From an uncultured Candidatus Bathyarchaeia archaeon (GTDB lineage: Archaea > Thermoproteota > Bathyarchaeia > Bathyarchaeales > Bathycorpusculaceae), in the NCBI GenBank assembly GCA_964558305.1, contig CAZLCE010000006.1, positions 3,231 to 67,230 of the forward strand: a DNA stretch of 64,000 bases, read 5' to 3'. Every line of letters starts with the position of its first letter. The first letter of the stretch is position 1. The position numbers were made by a program, and so were the translations under genes. Below the pieces are notes generated by a model. That model had not been told where the DNA came from, searched no databases, and was given only the letters and a program-made list of their open reading frames with translations. Positions 28,285-36,950 of this stretch are shown here, piece by piece.

Positions 28285-29730
28285 TTGGTCAGGAAAACTC
28301 TCCAGCTATTGTCTAAAGACGAAGTTCAAACAATCCATGCAAGTTCTCTTAAGGTGCTGGAAGAGGTCGGCGTTCAAATAGACAATGAAAACGCGTTAAA
28401 GTTATTGGCTGATGCAGGGGCAAACGTGGATTACAAAGAGAAACTGGTTTATATTCCCGAGTCGCTGGTTCAGGAAGCTTTGGAAAAGGTTCCATCAGAG
28501 TTTAGGCTTTATGATTTTGAACATAAACAGGAACTTTTGTTCGCTGGCGATAATGTTTACTTTAATCCTGGCTCAACAGCCCTCTACATATTAGATGGGC
28601 AGAGCATGGAGATGAGACGTCCAACCTCAAAAGACTTGACTGATTTTGTTAGGTTAACAGACGCTCTTCAGCACGTTCATGCTCAGAGCACTGCCATGGT
28701 TATCAGCGACGTACCCGACTCCGTGGTAGATCGGTTCCGCTTCTATCTAATACTCAAGAATTCAGCGAAACCAATCATTGCTGGCGCCTTTACAATAGAA
28801 GGTCTTTATGACATGAAACGCATGCTTGAAATAGTTGTCGGCGGAGAGGAGGCTTTAAGGAAAAAACCGTGTTTATTAATGGATGTGTGTCCATCACCGC
28901 CGTTGAAATGGAGTAAAATAACCTCTCAAAACTTGATAGATTCGGCTAAATTTAGCATACCTACCGAAATAATACCTGCGCCGCAATTAGGGTCAACGGC
29001 GCCTGCAACACTTGCTGGGCTGCTTGTGCAGCACAACGCTGAATTTCTATCGGGTCTTGTTATGTCTCAACTCGTGAATGCTGGGTTGCCAATTGTTTAC
29101 AGTGGTTCACCCTCTTTGATGGACATGAGATATGGGACCGGATGCGTCGGCAACATAGAGGTTGCCATGCTCTCGGCAGCGTACTCTCAAATAGCAAAAT
29201 TCTATGGTATCCCCTCAGGCGCATATTTGGGCATAAGCGAAACAAAGCTAGTCGACGCACAAACTGGGCTTGAATCCGCCATCGGATTAGTCATCGGGAC
29301 GCTGGCGGGCATCAACTGCATCACAGGTCCTGGAATGTTGGGTTTTGAAAACTGCCAGAGCTTTGAAAAATTGGTCATCGACAACGAAATCTGCGGAATG
29401 GCATTACGATTGATAAGAGATATTACGTTTAATGATGAAACTCTTGCATTTGACTTAATCAAGAAAGTGGGTCCAGGCGGACATTTTCTGTCTGAAAAGC
29501 ACACTCTTAAGTGGTTTCAGATTGAGGAGTATTTGCCTTCTTCGGTGATAGATAAGACAAGTAAATCACGTTGGGAATGCAGTGAGGCAAAGGATGCATT
29601 GAGCAGAGCCAAAGCCTCTGCAGATAAAATATTAGAGGAACATCATCCGAAGCCCTTGCCTTCTGATGTCGAGAAAGAACTAGATTCCTTTATATCTGAA
29701 ATCCTTAAACAAGCAGCAAAAACTTTGTGA
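28285..29730 (+). CDS. MttB-superfamily (trimethylamine methyltransferase-like) substrate:corrinoid methyltransferase, non-pyrrolysine type (paralog 1)
   Basis: 481 aa with a TTG start 10 nt after the upstream stop. LSKDEVQTIHASSLKVLEEVGVQI..ALKLLADAGANVD matches the MttB-family N-terminus. The frame is uninterrupted, with no in-frame TAG. Confidence 0.85.
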   Translation: MVRKTLQLLSKDEVQTIHASSLKVLEEVGVQIDNENALKLLADAGANVDYKEKLVYIPESLVQEALEKVPSEFRLYDFEHKQELLFAGDNVYFNPGSTALYILDGQSMEMRRPTSKDLTDFVRLTDALQHVHAQSTAMVISDVPDSVVDRFRFYLILKNSAKPIIAGAFTIEGLYDMKRMLEIVVGGEEALRKKPCLLMDVCPSPPLKWSKITSQNLIDSAKFSIPTEIIPAPQLGSTAPATLAGLLVQHNAEFLSGLVMSQLVNAGLPIVYSGSPSLMDMRYGTGCVGNIEVAMLSAAYSQIAKFYGIPSGAYLGISETKLVDAQTGLESAIGLVIGTLAGINCITGPGMLGFENCQSFEKLVIDNEICGMALRLIRDITFNDETLAFDLIKKVGPGGHFLSEKHTLKWFQIEEYLPSSVIDKTSKSRWECSEAKDALSRAKASADKILEEHHPKPLPSDVEKELDSFISEILKQAAKTL

Positions 29731-29734
29731 GAAA

Positions 29735-31624
29735 GTGCATATGTCCCTCAAAAAATTGATAACTCTCATGTTTGAACCTGACGGAATAAAGTCAAAATTC
29801 AGAAAAGACACCACAATACTCTGCGCTCTGAAGGAAGCGGGCTTGAAAATAAGGTCCGAATGTGGTGGCAGAGGAGTTTGCGGTAAATGCAAGATAATCG
29901 TTCAAAACGCCCTAAGCTTCAGCGCGGTCACCAACGCAGAAAGAGAACGTCTGTCTGCTTCTGAATTAAAGTCTGGGTATAGGCTGGCTTGTGAATGTTC
30001 AGTTTTGAAGGACGCTAAAATCTTCATACCCGAAGAAAGCCGCGCAATAACTAGAAAACTACTCATAGAAGGAACCGAAAGACCTGTCAAAGTAAAACCA
30101 ACAATTCGCAAACTATATGTAAAGATACCGAAACCTTCCTTAAGCGACATTCGCTCAGATGTCCAGCGGCTCCAGGATTCTTTAAAGGACATTTACAAAA
30201 TTGAAATAACTGAAATTGACCATACACTTTTGAAAAAGTTGCCACGAATTCTTCGCAACGCAAACTGGAAAGTCACGGTTACAATTTGGGATGAAAAGGA
30301 AATAATTTCTGTGGAACCTGGCGACACGGTAAAAAAGTCCTATGGAGTAGCCATCGACATTGGAACATCAAAAATAATTTGCTATCTTTCCGATCTGACA
30401 AATGGAGAGCTTATTGGCACAGGATCTGTGGAAAATCCCCAAACGATGTATGGCGAAGACGTAATTTCTAGAATTGCTTATGCTTCACAGTCAGATGATT
30501 CGCTAAAGAAATTGCAAAAACTTGTCATCGACGGTGTGAACGCCACACTCTTGGAAGCTTCTCAAAAATCTAGACTTAGCTTGCAGAACGTTTACGAGAT
30601 AACAGTGGTTGGAAACACGGCAATGCATCACATTTTCCTAGGTATTCAACCTAAGTATCTCGGCTTGGCACCTTACGTTCCAGCCATAAGTGATCCGGTC
30701 ACTGTGAAAGCAAGGGATTTGTCGATTAAGGCGAATCCTTCAGCCAAAGTACACGTGCTTTCTGTTATCGCAGGTTTTGTAGGCGCAGATGCGGTCGCAG
30801 ACATCATTTCAACAGGAATCTATGAATCAGATAAACTTTCAATGATGGTTGACATAGGAACTAACACTGAAGTAGTATTAGGTGATAAGCATGGAATTGT
30901 GGCTTGCTCGTGCGCGTCTGGACCTGCCTTTGAGGGTGCGCACATAAAGTTTGGCATGAAGGCTGTAACTGGCGCTATAGAGAGACTGCAGATAAACCCT
31001 GAAAACTTCGAGGTAAGCTATCAAGCAATTGGAAACGTTAAACCAATGGGCTTGTGTGGTTCAGCGATAATTGACGCTGTTGCCAACCTATTGAAGTGCA
31101 AAGTAATTGATATGGATGGAAGATTTACAGATGCTCAAATCAAGTCTAGACTGAAAACTACGAATGAAACGAAGAGCTTTATCCTCGTTTCAAGGGAAGA
31201 GGGAGCAACACGCGACATCACGATTACACAGAAAGACATCAGGGAAGTTCAGTTGGCTAAGGCTGCCATTTACACAGGATGCTACATTCTCATGAAAAGA
31301 AAGAACATAAAACCCTCCGACATCAAAAAATTCTATGTAGCTGGAGCCTTCGGCAATTACATAAATCTTGAAAATGCAAAACTAATCGGCATGCTGCCGG
31401 ACATCCCCACAAAAATTATAACTTTTGTTGGAAATGCCGCTGGAGCAGGTGCGAGAATGGCTCTGATTTCGAAGGCTCAGCGACAGATAGCAGCTTCTAT
31501 CAGTCGGAAAGTAGATTACGTTGAACTCGCTTTGGATCTTGATTTTCAAAGGGAGTTTGCTTTGGCTACGTGCTTTCCGCACAGAGATTTGGACAGGTTT
31601 CCATGTGTCGAAAACCTCTTCTAA
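29735..31624 (+). CDS. Reductive activator of corrinoid proteins, RACo-type ([2Fe-2S] ferredoxin domain + ASKHA ATPase, DUF4445)
   Basis: 629 aa. N-terminal plant-type ferredoxin motif SECGGRGVCGKCKI..LACE, and ASKHA phosphate motifs GVAIDIGTSK and MVDIGTNTE. The start is GTG 29735 or ATG 29741. Confidence 0.85.
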   Translation: MHMSLKKLITLMFEPDGIKSKFRKDTTILCALKEAGLKIRSECGGRGVCGKCKIIVQNALSFSAVTNAERERLSASELKSGYRLACECSVLKDAKIFIPEESRAITRKLLIEGTERPVKVKPTIRKLYVKIPKPSLSDIRSDVQRLQDSLKDIYKIEITEIDHTLLKKLPRILRNANWKVTVTIWDEKEIISVEPGDTVKKSYGVAIDIGTSKIICYLSDLTNGELIGTGSVENPQTMYGEDVISRIAYASQSDDSLKKLQKLVIDGVNATLLEASQKSRLSLQNVYEITVVGNTAMHHIFLGIQPKYLGLAPYVPAISDPVTVKARDLSIKANPSAKVHVLSVIAGFVGADAVADIISTGIYESDKLSMMVDIGTNTEVVLGDKHGIVACSCASGPAFEGAHIKFGMKAVTGAIERLQINPENFEVSYQAIGNVKPMGLCGSAIIDAVANLLKCKVIDMDGRFTDAQIKSRLKTTNETKSFILVSREEGATRDITITQKDIREVQLAKAAIYTGCYILMKRKNIKPSDIKKFYVAGAFGNYINLENAKLIGMLPDIPTKIITFVGNAAGAGARMALISKAQRQIAASISRKVDYVELALDLDFQREFALATCFPHRDLDRFPCVENLF

Positions 31625-33072
31625 GGCGCCAAGGCTTTGGTTGCTGTTTTTAATATTTCTTCAAGTTGCTTCTTTACATTTTCATCTAAAGATGGAGGTT
31701 CGTGTTCTACTAGGATTTTCTTAACCTTCTCTCGTGCAACTTCCACTATACTTTTACTGCCCATTTTCTCCCATTGGGACCGTGAGGCTCTATTGGCGAG
31801 TTTGGGAAAGAAGTATTCATCGCGAAAGTGCTGAAGGGTATGTTTTTGTTGGAGAAAATTTGTCGACTCTCTAGCAACTTTTATTATGACGTCTACTGCA
31901 AGCGTTTCCTCATCAAAGTCTATGCCCCTGACTGCTCTGAATATCATTCCGAAGATTTCATCATCAATAACCAATTGCTCATAACTTACGGTAATGCCAC
32001 CTTCAATAGATCCAGCGCCCGACAGCGCATTGGCTCCCGAGAGTGCAGGTAAAAGACCGTTTAAGGCTTTTTCAAAAGCAGCCTGTTCGTCTAGCATTTT
32101 AGAATCGGTGTCTAGTCCGTAGACGTCTGAAGGCAAATCGTAGTATTTTGCAAGTTGTACGCATCCCACGGACATTATTGTCGCTTCAATTCCATCGCAA
32201 GCTTGTCCCGTCGACATGTCTAGAGGTATGCATCTTGGGGAGTATTCAACGGGATTGCCAGGGTTTAGAAGCTGTACGATTACTATTCCGGCTAACATTT
32301 CCACGTTTTGCTGAACTAAGGTTCCAGCTAATGTGACTGGGCTGGCTACTCCAGCAAGAGGGCAAGGTAACACAGCAATAGGTAAGTTATGCTTGGCTGC
32401 TCTGGCCATTATTCTTGTAACTTCATTTGAGAATTGTAGTGGGCTCGTTGGTGAAGCGCTGCAAGTTACTATTGGACGTTTTCTCAGCTCTTCCTCTCCA
32501 ACAAGGGTCTCAAGCATTTTAATTATGTATCGGTAACTGTTATCGTCGAACGGGGTTGCATCAAAATTTTTGCCAGTATTCCTAATTATCGCTTCAACAG
32601 CGTAAATATCTCTCAAACGCTCTGGCACATCACTTGGGTAGACAATCATGGTTTGACTGTGAATGTTTGGGAGAAAATCCACGATTTTCGTCAAGTTCTC
32701 AACATCTTTTCTAGTGGAAGGTCGCACTGCCCCTGAATCGATGTCAATCACATTGGCTGCACCGCCCACAGGATGAGTGTAGATTTTTCCGTCTCCAAGT
32801 TCAATGTTATGCTTTGATTCTCTAGCGTACAACGTTACATGTTTGGGTGCCTTTCTGACGCATTCCTCGACCAAACTGGGCGACATTTTAGCCCTTTTAT
32901 TGGTGAAGTCAACGTTCATTCCGTTATCAGCCAAAAACTTTAGAAAATCATTATCATGAATCAAGACGCCGACTTCTTCCAAGATTTTCAGGCTGGAAGC
33001 ATGTATGTTCTCGATTTGATTTCGAGTTAGAAATTCTAGCTTCAATTTTATCACTAACGTCTTTTTCCTCAT
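31621..33072 (-). CDS. MttB-superfamily substrate:corrinoid methyltransferase, non-pyrrolysine type (paralog 2)
   Basis: 483 aa. LTRNQIENIHASSLKILEEVGVLI..FLKFLADNGMNVD. Clearly homologous to paralog 1 but divergent. No in-frame TAG. Confidence 0.85.
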   Translation of the reverse strand: MRKKTLVIKLKLEFLTRNQIENIHASSLKILEEVGVLIHDNDFLKFLADNGMNVDFTNKRAKMSPSLVEECVRKAPKHVTLYARESKHNIELGDGKIYTHPVGGAANVIDIDSGAVRPSTRKDVENLTKIVDFLPNIHSQTMIVYPSDVPERLRDIYAVEAIIRNTGKNFDATPFDDNSYRYIIKMLETLVGEEELRKRPIVTCSASPTSPLQFSNEVTRIMARAAKHNLPIAVLPCPLAGVASPVTLAGTLVQQNVEMLAGIVIVQLLNPGNPVEYSPRCIPLDMSTGQACDGIEATIMSVGCVQLAKYYDLPSDVYGLDTDSKMLDEQAAFEKALNGLLPALSGANALSGAGSIEGGITVSYEQLVIDDEIFGMIFRAVRGIDFDEETLAVDVIIKVARESTNFLQQKHTLQHFRDEYFFPKLANRASRSQWEKMGSKSIVEVAREKVKKILVEHEPPSLDENVKKQLEEILKTATKALAP

Positions 33073-33107
33073 AGCCTAATGAATAGTGTAATCTGTTAGT
33101 TTAAGCT

Positions 33108-33120
33108 GAAAATATTTAAA
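33108..33120 (+). promoter_or_regulatory. Putative BRE/TATA element GAAAATATTTAAA in the MttB2 / corrinoid-protein divergent intergenic region
   Basis: Exact 13-mer match to 26567-26579. It lies between the divergent starts 33072 (-) and 33180 (+). Confidence 0.35.
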
Positions 33121-33143
33121 TTTTTTATGCGATCCCATGGAAT

Positions 33144-33153
33144 AAGTTTAAAT
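33144..33153 (+). promoter_or_regulatory. Putative TATA element AAGTTTAAAT upstream of the corrinoid-protein gene
   Basis: It ends 27 nt before GTG 33180. The same 10-mer occurs at 41734-41743 upstream of the SBP gene. Confidence 0.35.
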
Positions 33154-33179
33154 TTCATAACCAAGTAAGCAGAAGTTCG

Positions 33180-33842
33180 GTGAAGCATCTGATGAGTGCA
33201 TTAACTTCAACCTTAAAAGAGCAACTTCTGACTTTTGACGCGGACAAGTTTGTTGGAACTATAAAAAAACTAATCGACGAAGGCCTCAGTCCAATTGAAG
33301 TAGTTAACGCTTTAACTCAAGTGTTGAAAGAAATAGGGAAAAAATTTGAAAGTGGCGAACTGTTTCTGGTGCATCTTGTTGCGGCTGGTGATTTGGCTAG
33401 AAGAGCCACCACAGAAGTTTTGGAGCCGCTTCTAAAAAAGAGCAGTGGAGAAAGAAAGACGTTGGGGAAAGTTGTAATTGGGACAGTTGCAGGGGACATA
33501 CATGATATTGGCAAGAACATTGTTGCGATGCTGCTCTTCACAGCTGGTTTTGAAGTTTATGATCTGGGAAAAGATGTTTCAACCGAAGAGTTTGTAAAGA
33601 AAACAAAGGAAGTCAACCCTGACCTCGTTGCTATGTCTGCTCTTTTGACCACTACCCTTCCAGCTCAACGAGAAGTAGTCCAAGCCTTGACTAAATCTGG
33701 TCTGCGCGATAAAGTAAAGATTCTCGTTGGAGGAGCCCCAACCACCGGCGATTGGGCTAAAGAGATTGGCGCGGATGGCCACGGTGCAGACGCCATAGAC
33801 GCAGTAAAGGTTGCAAAAAAACTGTTGGGAGTAAGCGATTAA
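33180..33842 (+). CDS. Cobalamin-binding corrinoid protein (MtbC/MttC/MtgC-like)
   Basis: 220 aa. N-terminal helical cap domain, then the B12-binding signatures D-x-H-x-x-G (GDIHDIGKN), S-x-L (MSALLTT) and G-G (LVGGAP). The start may be ATG 33192. Confidence 0.9.
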   Translation: MKHLMSALTSTLKEQLLTFDADKFVGTIKKLIDEGLSPIEVVNALTQVLKEIGKKFESGELFLVHLVAAGDLARRATTEVLEPLLKKSSGERKTLGKVVIGTVAGDIHDIGKNIVAMLLFTAGFEVYDLGKDVSTEEFVKKTKEVNPDLVAMSALLTTTLPAQREVVQALTKSGLRDKVKILVGGAPTTGDWAKEIGADGHGADAIDAVKVAKKLLGVSD

Positions 33843-34756
33843 GCTATTTTAAAAATTGGGTGTGAAGGCGAAGGCATTTTACCTTTTTCTATCAGAAGCT
33901 GAGCAAAAGCTGCATTCACCATTGCGACGGCTGGAAAAACATAAGGTGCCCCCTCTATTGGTCCATAAAGTATGAAATCAGCTCCAGCAGCAAGCGTTAT
34001 GGTGTCGGCTACTGCTGCACATGGTTTTACAGCTTGCAAACCCATTTTGGTCTTTAATCCTCTCCATGTCCCTATAGCGTTGTGAGCGCCGCACCCCGTG
34101 GGGTATCCCAACTCATTTTTGAGGTCTAGAATCGCTTTGAACGCTGAGCCTAACGTTGGCACATCTAATACACACGCGTCTAAGAGTATCTTTTCAACTC
34201 CGCTCTGAGTGGCTAAGGGTAGAAGCTGCTTTATAGCTTCGACTCGACCCGCCGCGGTCATGTTTTTACTGTTATACGCCAATAACACAGCAGCCTTGAA
34301 CTTTGTTTCTTTGATTTTTTCAAATTCTACGGTTTTTGATTCGGGGTTAAGCGAATTGTAGATGCACTTCTCCTGAATTCCTACCTCCCTGGCGTAGTCT
34401 GCTGCAGCGATTCTGATTTCCGCTGAAGGAGCATCCAGAAGTATAGGCGTTTCTGTGACTGAAGTTACGAAATCTATCAATCGGCTTACCCATCTCTTAG
34501 AAGATAAAACAACATCCAACATGCAAGGCAATCCTGTCTTGTCAGAGAATTCCTCCTGAACTTTTATCAGCCTTTCAACTTCATTACGGTTATAATTGCC
34601 TGTTTCTTCGTTGAAATCTAAGTTTCTCTGTCTATAGTAAAAAATCGACCCTATAAGCACAGTGGGGTTGTCGCCACGCATCCCACCGATCGATACTTTT
34701 CCTACCGTGAATTTTTTCTGTTCAGATGAGGTTTGCTCCATCGTGATAAGCCTCAA
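33839..34756 (-). CDS. mtrH: MtrH-family methyltransferase (methyl-corrinoid:tetrahydromethanopterin/pterin methyltransferase)
   Basis: 305 aa. VGKVSIGGMRGDNPTVLIGSIFY and the overall length match Mtr subunit H homologs. No other mtr subunit genes are adjacent. Confidence 0.8.
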   Translation of the reverse strand: MRLITMEQTSSEQKKFTVGKVSIGGMRGDNPTVLIGSIFYYRQRNLDFNEETGNYNRNEVERLIKVQEEFSDKTGLPCMLDVVLSSKRWVSRLIDFVTSVTETPILLDAPSAEIRIAAADYAREVGIQEKCIYNSLNPESKTVEFEKIKETKFKAAVLLAYNSKNMTAAGRVEAIKQLLPLATQSGVEKILLDACVLDVPTLGSAFKAILDLKNELGYPTGCGAHNAIGTWRGLKTKMGLQAVKPCAAVADTITLAAGADFILYGPIEGAPYVFPAVAMVNAAFAQLLIEKGKMPSPSHPIFKIA

Positions 34757-34886
34757 TAGAGATTGGCTGTTTGGAAGTTAAACCTAACTTTTTCTTTTCG
34801 GATTTATTATGCTTTATCTTTTTTGTTTATGCTCTGGATCGATGGATCCGTTATGGAGAGTAAGTTTTAAGTGTAAAATGCCTTAA

Positions 34887-36053
34887 ATGGAGCTCGGGAT
34901 AAATGTGAAGATAATTGTGTTGGGTTGTGGCAACATAGGGTCAGTGGCTGCTAAAGACTTGGCAGAAAACTTGCCATCCGCAGAAATAGTCGTGAGCGAC
35001 GTTAATAAGAGCCGAGCCAAAGAGGTTGCGTCAAAAATTGGTAAAGGCAACGTTTCTTGGATCCAAACAGACGCATCCAATCATCATGAACTTGTAAACA
35101 CCATAAAAAAATTCGACTTAGCCGTGGGAAGCCTGCCCGGAATGATGGGTTATAAAGCGTGTAAAGCCTCTGTCTCGGCAAAGGTGGACATGGTAGACGT
35201 TTCCTACATGCCCGAAGATGTAATGACATTGAACAAAGCCGCTTTAAAGGCTAAAGTATGCATCGTCCCAGACTGCGGAATGAGTCCTGGATTAGGCAGC
35301 ATATTGGCTGGTCATGCAGTTAGTAAACTCGACCAAATTGAGAGTATCCACATGCTAAATGGTGGACTCCCAGAAAAGCCAATTCCACCATTAGGTTACG
35401 TGATAACATGGTCTGTGAAGGATCTCATAGATATGTACTCTAGGAAAGTGAGCATAGTCAAAGGGGGCAAGGTGATTCAAGTGGAAGCTATGAGTGGGCT
35501 TGAAGAAATAGATTTTCCAAGAGTCGGAAAACTGGAGGCTTTTTACACTGATGGACTGAGAACTATGCTTCATACAGTGAAGGGAGTCAAAGACATGTGG
35601 GAAAAATCGCTTAGATACCCAGGGCATGTTGAAAAAATAAAGTTGCTGAAGACGCTTGGATTCTTTGATGAAAGTCTTGTAAAAATTGGAAGCTTGAACG
35701 TTTCTCCACGAGAAGTAACTGCTAAACTGCTCGAAAGTAAGTTGAAACGATCTGATGTCCCCGACATTGTGGCTATGCGTATTGTGGTTAGCGGAACAAA
35801 AAAAGACGAACGGATCACGTATACTTATCATGCAATAGATCGTTACGACAAGAAACACAAAGTCACAGCCATGGCAAGAACCACAGCATATACAACTTCA
35901 ATCGTAGCTCAACTGCTGGCAAAGAAAATCATAAAAGAAAAGGGTGTTTTGCCACCCGAGAAAATTGGAATGAACGAAAAACTCTACAATAAGCTCATGG
36001 GTGAAATGAAAAAACGAAAAATCATAGTTAAAGAGAATAAGAAAATTCACTAA
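34887..36053 (+). CDS. Saccharopine-dehydrogenase-family NAD(P) oxidoreductase (substrate unknown)
   Basis: 388 aa with the Rossmann motif IIVLGCGNIGSVAAKDL. A TATA-like AAGTTTTAAG at 34862-34871 sits only about 20 nt before ATG 34887, so the GTG at 34908 (VKIIVLGCG) may be the real start. Confidence 0.8.
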   Translation: MELGINVKIIVLGCGNIGSVAAKDLAENLPSAEIVVSDVNKSRAKEVASKIGKGNVSWIQTDASNHHELVNTIKKFDLAVGSLPGMMGYKACKASVSAKVDMVDVSYMPEDVMTLNKAALKAKVCIVPDCGMSPGLGSILAGHAVSKLDQIESIHMLNGGLPEKPIPPLGYVITWSVKDLIDMYSRKVSIVKGGKVIQVEAMSGLEEIDFPRVGKLEAFYTDGLRTMLHTVKGVKDMWEKSLRYPGHVEKIKLLKTLGFFDESLVKIGSLNVSPREVTAKLLESKLKRSDVPDIVAMRIVVSGTKKDERITYTYHAIDRYDKKHKVTAMARTTAYTTSIVAQLLAKKIIKEKGVLPPEKIGMNEKLYNKLMGEMKKRKIIVKENKKIH

Positions 36054-36094
36054 AAACTCCAATTTTTCCATGAAGGAACTAATAAGGTGTGGTC

Positions 36095-36928
36095 ATGGAG
36101 AAACTGATCATCACAGTTGCTCCCACTGGTTCTGTTCCTCGTAAAAAAGACACGCCTTACCTGCCAATAAGTCCAGATGAAATTGCTGAAACAGCCTATC
36201 TTTGCGAGCAAGAGGGCGCATCAATTATTCACATTCACTGCCGTGATGCCAATGAGGAACCTACATCAGATTATGCTATTTTCAAGGAAACCGTGGACAA
36301 AGTTCGGAACCGTTCAAAGCTGATAATTATGACATCAACAAGTGGCATGGCAGGTAAAACAGATGAAGAACGAGCTCAGCCACTAAAGACAAAACCAGAG
36401 ATGGCAAGCCTCACGACGGGTTCACTAAACTTTGCTGGGCGCAAACCATCAGTTGTATATGTAAACACTTGGGAGACGATAACATTTCTCGCTAAGAGAA
36501 TGCTTGAGGCGGACATTAAGCCAGAGATTGAAGCCTTCGATGTAGGTTTCATTCAACAAGGCATAAAGCTCATTGAACAAGGGCTAATCAAACCGCCTGC
36601 CCATTTTCAGTTGGTTATGGGTGTTGACGGTGGTATTCCTGCCACTTCAGATAACTTGCTACACATGTGTCGTCAACTTCCGCTCAGCGCTACATTCTGT
36701 GTGGCTGGCATAGGTAGGTGGCAATTGACTATGACTGCATTGGCAATAATTATGGGTGGGCATGTGAGAGTTGGACTTGAAGACAATATTTTCTACGTTA
36801 AGGGTAAATTGGCTCCAAACGAAGAATTTGTGGCTAGAGTACGGCGCATTGCGAAGGAGCTTCAACGCGAAATAGCTACACCCGAAGAGGCGCGGAAGAT
36901 TTTAGGATTGCAAATAAAACCACGCTAA
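36095..36928 (+). CDS. BKACE-family enzyme (3-keto-5-aminohexanoate cleavage enzyme-like, DUF849)
   Basis: MEKLIITVAPTGS..ISPDEIAETAYLCEQEGASIIHIHCRD (Zn ligands H-x-H) is typical of beta-keto acid cleavage enzymes. The ATG at 36095 is preferred over the track's GTG at 36089 because AAGGTG lies 8 nt upstream. Confidence 0.85.
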   Translation: MEKLIITVAPTGSVPRKKDTPYLPISPDEIAETAYLCEQEGASIIHIHCRDANEEPTSDYAIFKETVDKVRNRSKLIIMTSTSGMAGKTDEERAQPLKTKPEMASLTTGSLNFAGRKPSVVYVNTWETITFLAKRMLEADIKPEIEAFDVGFIQQGIKLIEQGLIKPPAHFQLVMGVDGGIPATSDNLLHMCRQLPLSATFCVAGIGRWQLTMTALAIIMGGHVRVGLEDNIFYVKGKLAPNEEFVARVRRIAKELQREIATPEEARKILGLQIKPR

Positions 36929-36950
36929 CTTTGTCAAGCGGATGCAAGTA

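Noticed and set aside
28285-33072. Possible pyrrolysine (in-frame UAG) in the MttB-family genes.
   Set aside because: Both ORFs are uninterrupted over the full family length (481 and 483 aa). There is no in-frame TAG and no pyl genes in the window.
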